Shown: positions 29,849 through 40,144 of the stretch, one piece after another
Layout: the number at the start of each line of letters is the position of its first letter
How positions within the stretch are numbered: position 1 is the stretch's first letter
Origin: Ignavibacteriota bacterium
Lineage (GTDB): Bacteria > Bacteroidota > Ignavibacteria > Palsa-1295
Assembly (NCBI GenBank): GCA_963787835.1
Contig: CAWBEI010000004.1
Coordinates: 192,001-256,000 of the forward strand
DNA length: 64,000 bases
Direction: 5' to 3'
The notes under the pieces: model-generated
What the model saw: the letters and a program-made list of their open reading frames with translations, nothing else
Database searches by the model: none
What the model was told of the DNA's origin: nothing
Translations under genes and position numbers: made by a program

Positions 29849-31146
29849 ATCCATCCAATTCTATGAATCGTGATTCTTCCTGGATCGACCTCGACGAGCG
29901 GTACATCTGGCATCCCTACACGCAGATGCAGCTTGTGCCCCGCTCGATCGGTGTGGAGCGTGGGGAGGGTGCATATCTTTATCTTTCGGATGGACGCCGG
30001 ATTCTCGATGGTATAAGTTCCTGGTGGGTAACGCTGCATGGACACGCACACCCAAAGGTCGCAAGAGCCATTGCAGAACAAGCGGCGCAATTAGAGCAAG
30101 TCATCTTTGCCGGATTTACCCACGAACCCGCTTCGCGACTGGCAGAAAAACTTGTAAAAATTACTCCAGACGGACTGGATAAAGTTTTCTTCAGCGATAA
30201 TGGATCAACGGCCGTTGAAGTTGCGATAAAAATGGCCATCCAATATTGGAAGCTGATGGGAGAGAATAGAACGGAGATCCTCGCGCTCGATCATGCCTAC
30301 CATGGCGATACTTTCGGCGCGATGTCCGCAAGTGCGCGTGGATATTTTACGCAGCCATTCGAGGATTTTCTTTTCCACGTAAATCGTCTTCCATTTCCTG
30401 ATCCTGCAGGACCGGAGAGTGAGAGCAGATTCCTCGAAGCGTTACGATCAGCAGGGAAACGGAACACCATTGCCGCATTCATCTACGAACCGCTCTTGCT
30501 TGGATCAGGCGGAATGCTTATGTGGCGACCAGCTATTCTCGAAGAAGCCCTGAAAATTGCGAAAGAGTTTGGAATTCTCTGCATCGCCGATGAAGTGCTA
30601 ACGGGTTTCGGTCGCACTGGAACGATGTTCGCGTCCGATCAAGCTGAAACCAAGCCCGATCTGATGACGCTCTCGAAAGGCATAACCGGTGGGTTCCTGC
30701 CAATGGGCATAACGATGGCGTCCAACACGGTCTTCGAGGCATTCCTAAGCAAAGATCGCGCAAAGACATTTTTTCATGGTCATAGCTACACGGGGAACCC
30801 GATCAGTGCGGCAGCGGCACTGGCTTCAATAGATATTTTCGAAACAGAGCCGGTTTTCGATCGAATTAATGCGATAGCTTCTGCTCACACCCAATATGCT
30901 GCTGCATTCGCAGAGAAGTATAAACTAAATCATCGGCAGATCGGTACTATCGCAGCGTTCGAGCCGAAGGATCATGCGGGTTATTTAAGCACAAAATCGC
31001 TCGAATGGAGTAAGCGAGCGTTGCAGATGGGCCTGCTCATTCGTCCATTGGGAGATACGCTATATTTGCTTCCACCCTATGCGGCGATGGCTGAAGACAT
31101 TGCGTTTGCATATGAAGTTTTCGAGGCCATTTTAAGTCATTCTTGA
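29845..31146 (+). CDS. bioA: Adenosylmethionine-8-amino-7-oxononanoate transaminase
   Basis: WHPYTQ, SSWWV, YHGDT, DEVLTGFGRTG and SKGITGG motifs. Confidence 0.96.
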   Translation: MNPSNSMNRDSSWIDLDERYIWHPYTQMQLVPRSIGVERGEGAYLYLSDGRRILDGISSWWVTLHGHAHPKVARAIAEQAAQLEQVIFAGFTHEPASRLAEKLVKITPDGLDKVFFSDNGSTAVEVAIKMAIQYWKLMGENRTEILALDHAYHGDTFGAMSASARGYFTQPFEDFLFHVNRLPFPDPAGPESESRFLEALRSAGKRNTIAAFIYEPLLLGSGGMLMWRPAILEEALKIAKEFGILCIADEVLTGFGRTGTMFASDQAETKPDLMTLSKGITGGFLPMGITMASNTVFEAFLSKDRAKTFFHGHSYTGNPISAAAALASIDIFETEPVFDRINAIASAHTQYAAAFAEKYKLNHRQIGTIAAFEPKDHAGYLSTKSLEWSKRALQMGLLIRPLGDTLYLLPPYAAMAEDIAFAYEVFEAILSHS

Positions 31147-31247
31147 GTTTGATCGGAACGTCCCCATTTTTCCCCTGTTTTCGTGTCCCAAGAAGTGGAA
31201 TAAGCTGCCTCCCAGTTTTGTTATAGCACTTCTACCTACTCAAAATA

Positions 31248-33074
31248 ATGCCAGGAATCAACGATTTTGCAATAAAACTCGCAACCGTCAACGGGACAGG
31301 CTCGGCGAGCGCCAGTAATCTGCTGATGCAGTCTATCTTCCGCATGGGAGTCCCCGTTGCGGGCAAGAACCTCTTTCCATCGAATATTCAGGGGCTGCCG
31401 ACGTGGTATGAGATCCGCGTGAGTGGAGCAGGCTATGGTGGTCGCGCGCTCGATTACGACCTGATTGTGGCGATGAACGCACAGACGTATGCGAAGGACG
31501 TACAGGAAGTGCGCTCCGGCGGTTACCTGCTCTATGACTCAACCTGGCCATTGCCACAGGAGCTTCATCGGGAAGATGTAACGTTTCTTGGTGTGCCGCT
31601 TTCCCAGATGCTTATCGAAACGGTTCCCGAACCTCGCACGCGCATCTTGCTGAAGAATATCATGTATTCCGGATCGCTTGCGGCGATGCTGAATCTCGAC
31701 ATGAACATTCTCGAAGAACTTATCAAAGAGTCCTATGGTAAAAAGCAGTCGCTTCTCGATGTCAATCGCAAGGCGCTTCATTCTGGCTTTGATTACGCCC
31801 GGAAGAACCTTCTCAAGCTTCCGTTCGGATGTGAGAAGATGGATGCCAATAATAATAAGATACTCATCGACGGTAACTCCGCAACGGCGCTTGGTGCGAT
31901 CTATGCCGGAGCGACCGTGGCCGCATGGTATCCGATCACACCCGCTACTTCGGTGATGGATTCATTCAAAGCGTTTGCAGATCGTTTTCGAGTCGATCCC
32001 GTTACGAAGAAAAATAATTATGCGTTTCTTCAGGCTGAAGATGAGCTTGCTGCTATCGGCATGGTCATCGGCGCATCGTGGGCGGGTGCAAGAGCATTTA
32101 CTTCCACTGCTGGCCCCGGCATTTCGCTGATGAACGAGCTGATCGGACTTGCATACTACGCGGAAATTCCCTCCGTGATCGTTGACGTGCAGCGCACTGG
32201 CCCCTCGACAGGAATGCCGACACGCACCCAGCAATCGGATATTATGGAATGTGCGTATGCTTCCCATGGCGATACAAAGCATATTTTACTTTTCGCCGCG
32301 AATCCAAACGAGTGTTTTGATTTTACGGTAAAGGCATTCGACCTTGCGGAGCAATTCCAAACGCCCGTCTTCATGATGAGCGATCTCGATATTGGTATGA
32401 ACGATTGGGTGGTAGATCGCTTGAAATGGGACGATAATTACAAGCCGAATCGCGGGAAAGTGCTTACGAGTGAAGAACTTGATAAGCTGAAAACGTACTA
32501 TCGCTATTCTCCAGAGGATGAGGATTTCGTTGCTGCGCGAACGCTTCCGGGCATCAATGCAAAGGGATCGTTCTTCACTCGAGGCTCCGGTCACAACCGG
32601 CTCGGCGGATACACAGAAACGCCAGCAGAATATCAGGAAGTGATGGATCGCCTGCTTAAGAAACACAGTGCCGCCGCGAAATATGTGCCGGAAGCTATCA
32701 TTGAGCATCACAATGGTGCAACATTCGGAATTATTACGGTTGGCGGCTGTGACCCGGCGTGCAGAGAAGCCATTGATATATTAGAATCCGAAGGCGTGCA
32801 TGCTAATTATATGCGGGTACGCGGATTCCCATTTGGTAAAGAGGTTGAGCAGTTCATTGCCGAGCAGGAGTTCTGCTATGTGGTCGAGCAGAACCGCGAT
32901 GGGCAGCTCCGCTCGCTTCTCATTCTTGAAACTCGCGTGCCGAAAGAGAAACTGCGCTCGATCCTGGTATATGGTGGGTTCCCGCTTTCTGCAAAATCTG
33001 TTGTCGAAGGGATTCAGCATAAGAAATCGAAGAAGAAAGTAGCCGCGAAAGATATGGTTATGATGGAGGAATAG
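31248..33074 (+). CDS. korA: 2-oxoacid:acceptor oxidoreductase alpha subunit
   Basis: YPITP, QAEDELAA, QRTGPSTGMPT and VEQNRDGQL motifs. Confidence 0.93.
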   Translation: MPGINDFAIKLATVNGTGSASASNLLMQSIFRMGVPVAGKNLFPSNIQGLPTWYEIRVSGAGYGGRALDYDLIVAMNAQTYAKDVQEVRSGGYLLYDSTWPLPQELHREDVTFLGVPLSQMLIETVPEPRTRILLKNIMYSGSLAAMLNLDMNILEELIKESYGKKQSLLDVNRKALHSGFDYARKNLLKLPFGCEKMDANNNKILIDGNSATALGAIYAGATVAAWYPITPATSVMDSFKAFADRFRVDPVTKKNNYAFLQAEDELAAIGMVIGASWAGARAFTSTAGPGISLMNELIGLAYYAEIPSVIVDVQRTGPSTGMPTRTQQSDIMECAYASHGDTKHILLFAANPNECFDFTVKAFDLAEQFQTPVFMMSDLDIGMNDWVVDRLKWDDNYKPNRGKVLTSEELDKLKTYYRYSPEDEDFVAARTLPGINAKGSFFTRGSGHNRLGGYTETPAEYQEVMDRLLKKHSAAAKYVPEAIIEHHNGATFGIITVGGCDPACREAIDILESEGVHANYMRVRGFPFGKEVEQFIAEQEFCYVVEQNRDGQLRSLLILETRVPKEKLRSILVYGGFPLSAKSVVEGIQHKKSKKKVAAKDMVMMEE

Positions 33075-33080
33075 TCCGAA

Positions 33081-33110
33081 TTCATACTTCATAATTCATA
33101 CTTCATAATT
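33081..33110 (+). repeat. Heptamer tandem (TTCATAC/TTCATAA) x4, single arm before the korB start
   Basis: TTCATACTTCATAATTCATACTTCATAATT, ending 8 nt before ATG 33119. Confidence 0.7.
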
Positions 33111-33118
33111 TTCAGACT

Positions 33119-34174
33119 ATGCCATCTATTTCAAAACCTATTGTAACTCATCCCAGCCTTGAAAAGAATGCGCTGGGACTTAATCTCCGCGCCTACGAAG
33201 GTGCTATGTCCACGCTCTGCGCGGGCTGCGGACACGATTCCGTCACCGCCGCCATCGTTCGCGCGGCGTGGAAGCTATCCATAGAGCCATACAAAATGGC
33301 GAAGTTTTCCGGCATCGGATGTTCGTCCAAAACGCCGACGTATTTCGTTAGCGGTGCGCACGGTTTCAATTCCGCGCACGGACGTATGCCCGCCATCGCG
33401 ACAGGCGCAGGCGCAGCAAACCGTTCGCTTCTTTCTATCGGTATTTCCGGTGATGGCGATTCGCTTTCCATTGGCATCGGCCAGTTGGCTCACGCTATTC
33501 GCAGGAATCTTAATGTTGTCTATATCATCGAGAACAACGGTGTCTATGGACTTACAAAAGGACAATTCTCTGCTTCTGCGGATATTGGTTCCAAAAGCAA
33601 GAAGGGCGAGGCAAACCGCATTTCGCCGATCGATCCCGTGATGCTCGCACTCAGTTTGGGAGCGACGTTTGTTGCAAGAAGTTTCTCGGGAGATAAAGAG
33701 CAGCTTGTTCCGATCATTGAAGCGGCTGTCAAACATAACGGACTTGCGCTCATTGACGTTATTTCGCCATGCGTTACCTTTAACGATCACGAAGGCTCGA
33801 CCAAAAGCTATGCCTATACCCGCAAGCACGAATATCATGTCACCGATTCTGATGTTGTTTTTCCAATGGATGAGATCGTTGCAAATATCGGCGTCAATGG
33901 CGCCACGACGGTCATGATGCACGATGGCAGCCTCATAAAGTTCACCCGCACACCTGATGGCTACGACCCACGTGACCGTGCTAAAGTGTTTGCATATCTT
34001 CAGGAGCATCAACAGGAAGGAAAAGTACCGACCGGAATTCTATTTATCGACGAATCCGCGCCGGATATGCATGGTGTCATGGGTACGACCGATGTGCCAC
34101 TATCGCAAATCCCGTATGAGGTGCTCTGCCCTGGCAGCGCGGAATTGGAAAAGTTACAGGAGGAATTTAGATAG
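33119..34174 (+). CDS. korB: 2-oxoacid:ferredoxin oxidoreductase beta subunit
   Basis: LCAGCGH, SGIGCSS, GDGD..NNGVYGLTKGQ TPP motif and SPCVTFN. Confidence 0.95.
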   Translation: MPSISKPIVTHPSLEKNALGLNLRAYEGAMSTLCAGCGHDSVTAAIVRAAWKLSIEPYKMAKFSGIGCSSKTPTYFVSGAHGFNSAHGRMPAIATGAGAANRSLLSIGISGDGDSLSIGIGQLAHAIRRNLNVVYIIENNGVYGLTKGQFSASADIGSKSKKGEANRISPIDPVMLALSLGATFVARSFSGDKEQLVPIIEAAVKHNGLALIDVISPCVTFNDHEGSTKSYAYTRKHEYHVTDSDVVFPMDEIVANIGVNGATTVMMHDGSLIKFTRTPDGYDPRDRAKVFAYLQEHQQEGKVPTGILFIDESAPDMHGVMGTTDVPLSQIPYEVLCPGSAELEKLQEEFR

Positions 34175-34180
34175 AATGAT

Positions 34181-34426
34181 ATGAATGTTGTCACAATTCT
34201 TCTTGTAGTTTTAGGGGTCATGATCATAGTTTATATGATTCAAAGGTCTAATAAACTAAATCAAAAACCTTTCCATAATTCTGAGGATCTTCTATCGAGT
34301 TGGCCGAATAGGTCTCCAACGTATTACCGAGATCATCCCTGGGGCACGACGAAATTCGAACCAGGGGATTTAACTCGACTTGAGAAAGAGTTACGTAGTG
34401 CTTCTCGAGAAGAAGAAAAAGAATAG
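34181..34426 (+). CDS. Small hypothetical membrane-anchored protein
   Basis: N-terminal TM helix; fills the gap in a co-oriented gene run. Confidence 0.5.
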   Translation: MNVVTILLVVLGVMIIVYMIQRSNKLNQKPFHNSEDLLSSWPNRSPTYYRDHPWGTTKFEPGDLTRLEKELRSASREEEKE

Positions 34427-34472
34427 ATTGAATCTTCGCTCAAGGAAGCAGATTTTTTCGTATTTTTGCTCC

Positions 34473-35051
34473 ATGAGGGTTTTTGTTCTCATTATATTAA
34501 TTTTGATTCCATACATATCCCATGCCCAGCAGGGGCAAACATGGGTTGCCGGAATCGGATTGGGCCAGGCTTTTGGGGTAAATGAAGACCGGACTCGCCC
34601 GCTCGTGCTGGTGGGACGTGCGGAGTGCGTGGCATTCAATAGTATTGTGCCGGGAGTAAGTCCGGAATTTGGTATTAGTCTGTTTACCTTGCACAGCACA
34701 AATTCTGGCGCCCCGACCGATTACCGCACCCAGATGATTACACCGGATCTACGATTTCGGTTTAGTCCGCTTACATCGCTCACCTGGTTCCCTTATTTGT
34801 ACGGAGGAGCAGGGATGGCAATTTACAAAGTTCTGCAAGTTCCGCCGGCCGCATCGCCGGAAGCTTACCTATCCAGCGCAGTACCATTCCTCACCGCTGG
34901 AATTGGAATCTCACATCAGATTTCAGAAAATATCGGGCTTGATGTTAATCTCGGTCCAGCCGTTGCGCTTTCGGACGACATCAATCCTGTGCATGATGGT
35001 GAGGACGATGGATGGTGGAATGGTGTGCTTAGTATCTATTGGATCTTCTAA
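34473..35051 (+). CDS. Outer membrane beta-barrel protein (OmpA-TM-like)
   Basis: Signal ending SHA-Q, PYLYGGAG strand and terminal Phe. Confidence 0.65.
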   Translation: MRVFVLIILILIPYISHAQQGQTWVAGIGLGQAFGVNEDRTRPLVLVGRAECVAFNSIVPGVSPEFGISLFTLHSTNSGAPTDYRTQMITPDLRFRFSPLTSLTWFPYLYGGAGMAIYKVLQVPPAASPEAYLSSAVPFLTAGIGISHQISENIGLDVNLGPAVALSDDINPVHDGEDDGWWNGVLSIYWIF

Positions 35052-35090
35052 GATAAAACTATAAGCTCATCGTTTGCCGTTAAGATAATC

Positions 35091-36236
35091 ATGTGGACGA
35101 ACGTCATCGGTGACACGCGAGTAAAGCATATCTTAAAGAATGCACTGGAGCACGAAAAGCTTCCGGGCGCGTATCTTTTTTCTGGGCCGGAAGGCACAGG
35201 CAAGGATGCGGCAGCTATCGAGCTTGCGAAAGCTGTGAATTGTCTGAATCCGGCGATGGGCGGTATTGAGGCGTGTGATGCATGTGAAAGCTGCGTTTCT
35301 ATTTCAAGCTTCACATCACCGGCGGTATTATTCATTCATGCGCTGCCAAAAAAATCTGATGACGATGGCGCAGATCTGAAAGAAGAAGATGTCGCTATCG
35401 TGCGTGAGCAACGAATGGCAAAAGCAGCCGATCCTTATTATAATTTCGAGATACCTCGCGCAATGGCCATTCATATCGGTCAGATCCGGGAACTTCGGCT
35501 ATTATTGGCGCGGAGTATGTCCGGCGCAAAAAAGCGCGTAGTCATTATCAGCGAAGCGCAAATGATGAACGATAAATCTCAGAACGCTTTTCTGAAAACG
35601 CTCGAAGAACCTCATGCCAATACCGTTATTATTCTCACCAGTTCGAATGCCAATGGTTTGCTCCCAACGGTACACTCGCGATGTCAGGAAGTTCGCTTCG
35701 ATGTTCTGAGTGTAGATGAGATTAAACAAGCACTTGCGGAGCGTGAGTCACTTTCTGAAGAAGAAGCATCGTTTCTCGCCCGTCTTGCAGCGGGAAGTTA
35801 TTCGCGCGCTCGCGCAATGATCGGTGAGGATGTGAAAGAGATGCGCAAAGAAATTGTCACTTTTTTACGCATGGGTCTTTCGAAAAGTCGTCGCAATGCT
35901 GTTGTGGAGATCAACAAACTTCTGCCTCGCTCCGGAGGAAATTTTTTGGAAAAGCGGCAATCCGTCGAACAGTGCCTTGCGCTGCTCATGCTCTGGCTCC
36001 GCGATGCTCTGTCACTCTCTGTGGCAAAGGGCTCTTCGGGAATTGATGATCGCGAGATCATCAATCTTGATCAAATAGAGGACTTGATGAAATTTGTTGC
36101 ACGGTTTGGAGATCCTCGGCGTATCATTGCGGCAATTGAGGCGATCGATCGCGCTATGCACCGCACGAAACTTCAATTACAGCTTCGCCCTATTATGCTG
36201 CAATTAGTAGTGGATCTTGAAGCAGCATTGGTTTGA
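35091..36236 (+). CDS. holB: DNA polymerase III delta-prime subunit
   Basis: AYLFSGPEGTGK, C..C..C zinc site, NAFLKTLEEP and LLPTVHSRCQ. Confidence 0.93.
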   Translation: MWTNVIGDTRVKHILKNALEHEKLPGAYLFSGPEGTGKDAAAIELAKAVNCLNPAMGGIEACDACESCVSISSFTSPAVLFIHALPKKSDDDGADLKEEDVAIVREQRMAKAADPYYNFEIPRAMAIHIGQIRELRLLLARSMSGAKKRVVIISEAQMMNDKSQNAFLKTLEEPHANTVIILTSSNANGLLPTVHSRCQEVRFDVLSVDEIKQALAERESLSEEEASFLARLAAGSYSRARAMIGEDVKEMRKEIVTFLRMGLSKSRRNAVVEINKLLPRSGGNFLEKRQSVEQCLALLMLWLRDALSLSVAKGSSGIDDREIINLDQIEDLMKFVARFGDPRRIIAAIEAIDRAMHRTKLQLQLRPIMLQLVVDLEAALV

Positions 36237-36550
36237 GAAATTCGGGATCAATATAGCTTTCTTCGTGAATATTAATTGAATGACCTTCGATCATTTCCTT
36301 CAAGATCATTGGGCATTTTTCTTGTTAATAGGGGGTTCTTTTCTACTTAGAATACGATTCTGTGATGTAGTCGTAATGTTATTGCGATTTCTTGGTTTCG
36401 AAATTGGCGTGGAGCAATGATTTGCGAGCATTGCGGGTACGCTGTTTTTCCTTAAGCCTTTCTTGGTTCGGTTTTCGGATATGAAGTTTTTGTATCGTTC
36501 GGTTGCGCTAAGCCGTGGTGGCTTGGAATTATTAATTGGGTGCACATCCT

Positions 36551-37143
36551 ATGTATGATGTAATCGATTCACCGTGGTCGCTACGAAGCGATGCACCGGG
36601 TATGTGGGAACGGTTAAACGGTAACCGTTCCGGTTTCCCATCTCATGGATTTCTTTCTTCAGACCCCCAGGTGGGCTTTGACGAAAAGATTCCTGACATT
36701 TCCCTTGAGGAGGTCGAGGAACTCAAGCGTGCCTACGCTTCCCTCATCATTCAATTGGATCGCCTGCGTCCGAAGCTTGCCGCTGCTGATGCCCTTGCGC
36801 TTCGAGGAGAAAGTGGATGCTCCGTGAAAGAGATCCTCGGTAAGCTCATCGATACAGACCGCGAAATATGGTGGCCGCCTATTACGGCTATTTTGGAACG
36901 AAAAAAATGGCATTTATGCCGATGGAGGACGTCTTCGCGCAGGTGATGCGGACCCGTTGGGAGTTCGCAATGAAGTTGCAAGAAATTGCAGCGTCTGATT
37001 TCGAGAAGACCGGTGAACACCCCACGCTGGGTGAAGTATCTATTCTGCGGATCTTACAGATCCTTGTTGCCAACGATGCTCGCTATATCGAGAATATCAA
37101 TTCGATGATCGAGGGCCGGGCGGAAATGGCTTACGCTTCCTAA
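36551..37143 (+). pseudogene. DinB-like protein split by a frameshift near 36900-36915
   Basis: The first ORF has SVKEILGKLIDTDRE and the second has GEHPTLGEVS..LVAND, the two halves of a DinB fold in different frames. Start uncertain. Confidence 0.6.
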
Positions 37144-37182
37144 TAGAAGGAAGCCATACAGGGATAATCCACATCTTCCGGG

Positions 37183-38143
37183 TTAATCGAGTACGCGCTC
37201 CATTACCGTGATCCTTGTCTGTTTTTTTAACGACTCGATCATAATTTTTGCCCCAAAAGGTAGGGTCCACATTCGGCTCTCATGACCAAAAGGAAGGTTC
37301 GATAAAACCGGAATTCGTAGTTTCGAGAAGTAATCAGAAAAGACCTCGCTCAAGGTTGCAGTTGGCGCATCCGCATCCGTGTTACAATTAGTGAATCGGC
37401 CGAGCAAAATAGCCTTTGCATTATCAAAGGCTCCGGCAAGGCGGAGCTGAGCTGAAATGCGCATCGATCTTGCGGGGCTTTTCGTCGATCTCCTCGAAAA
37501 AAGGAATGGTTCCCTTGAAAGATAGCTGATACGGGGTGCCACGTAAACTTGAAAAAACAGTAAGATTTCCGCCGATGATTCTACCATGCACATCAAACGA
37601 AGTATGTCTATTCAAGAACACACCTTCGTTCGTTACGAGTGGTAGTTCGTCCAATGGTTTTGTGCTTGTCATCGCTCGCCAGAAATTCTCTTCTGTAAAG
37701 GGGTCGATGTTGTTCCACAAATCCACACCTGGCATGGGGCCGAAAAAACAGGAGGCTAATCTGGCCTTCTTATAGATAGCTGCAAACAGCGCGGTGGCAT
37801 CGGAATAACCGACGATGATCTTGGGGTGCTTGCGTATGAGATCATAGTCGAGCTTGTCCAGCAGCCGAATAGATCCGTATCCCCCACGATGGTAAAATAT
37901 TGCTCGAATGTGTTTGGATCGAAACATCGCGTGGATGTCCGCAACGCGATCTTTATCGGACGCAGCAAGATAGGTCTGCTTATCGATTCCATCCCGCAAA
38001 TGCTTGCCAAGTTCAACACGATACCCGAGCGATTCGAAATATTTAACCGACAACGCGATACGTTCCTCCGAACGAGGCGGACTTGCGGGAGCGATTATAC
38101 CGATCACGTCCCCTGGGCGAAGCGCTTTTGCTTTGAGTTGCAC
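37183..38143 (-). pseudogene. ldcA: LD-carboxypeptidase (S66) with a single-base frameshift at about 37453
   Basis: RGGYGS, GYSD and GGNL..FFEE lie in one frame and LPFGH in another. Removing one base gives KIDAHFAQLRLAG. Confidence 0.85.
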
Positions 38144-38184
38144 AATATAATAAACAGCAGGGTGTGAGAAAGCATGTCCAACAC

Positions 38185-38652
38185 TTAACGATTATCCAGA
38201 GGCAGATCTGGCCGTTGGGATGCTGCAACCGCCAGTTCATCGCAGCGTTCGTTCTCGATATTTCCGGCGTGGCCTTTGGTCCAACGAAACTCGATATTAT
38301 GTTCTTCGAGCTTCGGCAGCAATCGCTGCCAGAGGTCTATATTCATTACCGGCTTTTTGTCTGCTTTGCGCCAACCTTTCATCTGCCAGTTGATAAGCCA
38401 GCCTTTCGTGATGGCATTGATGACATACTCTGAGTCTGAGATAAGCGTGACGTCACATGGCTTGTTCAGTGCTTCAAGTCCTGAGATTACGCCTAGAAGT
38501 TCCATCCGGTTATTCGTGGTATTGCGAAAACCGCCGGATAGTTCACGCCGGCGTCCCGACGAATCGAGGAGCACAACGCCGAATCCACCCGGCCCGGGAT
38601 TGCCGGAGCAAGCGCCGTCGGTGTAGATCGTGACGTGGGGGCGGCGGGTCAC
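38185..38652 (-). CDS. rnhA: Ribonuclease HI
   Basis: YTDGACSGNPGPGG, TTNNRMEL and KGHAGNIENERCD. GTG start overlaps the upstream stop. Confidence 0.97.
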   Translation of the reverse strand: MTRRPHVTIYTDGACSGNPGPGGFGVVLLDSSGRRRELSGGFRNTTNNRMELLGVISGLEALNKPCDVTLISDSEYVINAITKGWLINWQMKGWRKADKKPVMNIDLWQRLLPKLEEHNIEFRWTKGHAGNIENERCDELAVAASQRPDLPLDNR

Positions 38653-39608
38653 GCGGTAGCCGCCTTTAGCGTAATCTGCGTGATCTCCGGCGGGCAATTG
38701 ATTCGGATCGGTACACCGACCACGCCGATCCCTCTGGAAACATACATCTGCGTTTTGGATTTATTACCCTCCGGCCGGTAAAGGCCTTCGACATACTCCG
38801 AAGCGATCGAACTGAAGGTAAGCACGGTCTTTCCAATTCTTCCAAGCACGATCTGCCCACCATGGGTGTGGCCGGAAAGCATCAGGCCGGTATTCGTTTG
38901 AGCGAATTCAGGGAACATATAGGGTTTATGGCAAAGCAGAACAGTGGATGCATTCGAGGGAACCCCGCGCCATGCTGCTTCGATATGCGGCGCTGGTTTG
39001 CCTTCAACAAAACCTTTGACAGATTCGGCATCCGTATCATCAACTCCTATAAAATAAAGCGATTGCCCCTGGATCGTAATGACGGCATTCTCGTTACGGA
39101 GCAGCCTGATGCCAGTATCTTCTATACCTCGGCTCACCAGATCGATTCCGGCATAATAATCGTGGTTCCCTGTGCAGGCATACACGCCGAGAGGCGCCTT
39201 CAGATCGGACATAGCCTCTGCAAACGGGCCAACCTCATTGACATGAGAGGTTACAAAATCGCCGGGAATAACGATGATATCGCTTCTCAGATCATTGACT
39301 AATGTTGCGATGTGCTTCATTTCATCGACGTCCATGAAGGGCCCGGCATGAATATCGCTGAGGAAGGTGATCGTTTTTCCTTCGAAGGCAGGAGGAAGAT
39401 GCGGCAGGGCGAACGTTTGGTGTGTGATCTCGACATCATTCCGTTGCATGATGCCCTGAGTGCAGCTCGCAAGCGCTATACCGCTTACGCCAAGAATACT
39501 GGTATGCAGAAATGCCCTGCGTGTAAGACTGCCGGGAGCGCCGATCTCTTTTTTGAGAGGCGTTTGCTCTTGTGTTGGTGGCTGCCCTAAATCCGTCCGT
39601 GATGTCAT
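38649..39608 (-). CDS. Tat-signal metallophosphoesterase (YkuE-like)
   Basis: TRRAFL, SDIH, PGDFV, GNHDY and LSGHTHGGQ motifs. Confidence 0.9.
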   Translation of the reverse strand: MTSRTDLGQPPTQEQTPLKKEIGAPGSLTRRAFLHTSILGVSGIALASCTQGIMQRNDVEITHQTFALPHLPPAFEGKTITFLSDIHAGPFMDVDEMKHIATLVNDLRSDIIVIPGDFVTSHVNEVGPFAEAMSDLKAPLGVYACTGNHDYYAGIDLVSRGIEDTGIRLLRNENAVITIQGQSLYFIGVDDTDAESVKGFVEGKPAPHIEAAWRGVPSNASTVLLCHKPYMFPEFAQTNTGLMLSGHTHGGQIVLGRIGKTVLTFSSIASEYVEGLYRPEGNKSKTQMYVSRGIGVVGVPIRINCPPEITQITLKAATA

Positions 39609-39614
39609 AAATTC

Positions 39615-40031
39615 CTACTCTGCTGCAACCTCTAAACCGATCTTTTCTTTTACCTCAGCAGTGTGTTTTGGAAGACTTCCAAATGAGCTTTTTAATTTTA
39701 CACCAAGTTTCCCCAAAAGACGCCATAGTGTGATCGGGAAAAGAATGATCACCCACATGAGCATAATAGTTTGCCAAACCAGGAAAGGGTACAGAAGAAC
39801 CCTTGTAAGCTCGGTCATTGCGGCATGAATGAACCCGCGAAAATAGAGGAATAAAAATGGGCTGTCCAATCCGATAAATGCCCATAGTGCAATTTTCGCC
39901 AGTTTTCTTCCAATTTTTGGGTAATCTCGAAGAAGCACTCGCCGCAAATTTGCGAAGACGTACCAATGCAACCCCGTCGAAACGAGGAGCACGATAAAAA
40001 AGGCAATATGTTGAGATGTCTTAGACGGCAA
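39615..40031 (-). CDS. Three-TM membrane protein resembling the N-terminal region of fused metallophosphoesterases
   Basis: Three hydrophobic helices; in frame with the downstream phosphoesterase. Confidence 0.7.
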   Translation of the reverse strand: MPSKTSQHIAFFIVLLVSTGLHWYVFANLRRVLLRDYPKIGRKLAKIALWAFIGLDSPFLFLYFRGFIHAAMTELTRVLLYPFLVWQTIMLMWVIILFPITLWRLLGKLGVKLKSSFGSLPKHTAEVKEKIGLEVAAE

Positions 40032-40144
40032 TGGCGCGTAGGTCTCTAAACCACTAATCTCCTAACCCATTCAGGAACATCTCTGTTCACTTCTCAATCG
40101 AGGCGGGGATGGAAAGGCCGTTACCCTGTGTTCGAAGTCCTTCA

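Noticed and set aside
36280-36558. Small membrane ORF with an in-frame TGA at 36418 (possible recoding)
   Set aside because: No recognisable motif or SECIS-like context, and the region is close to probable sequence errors.
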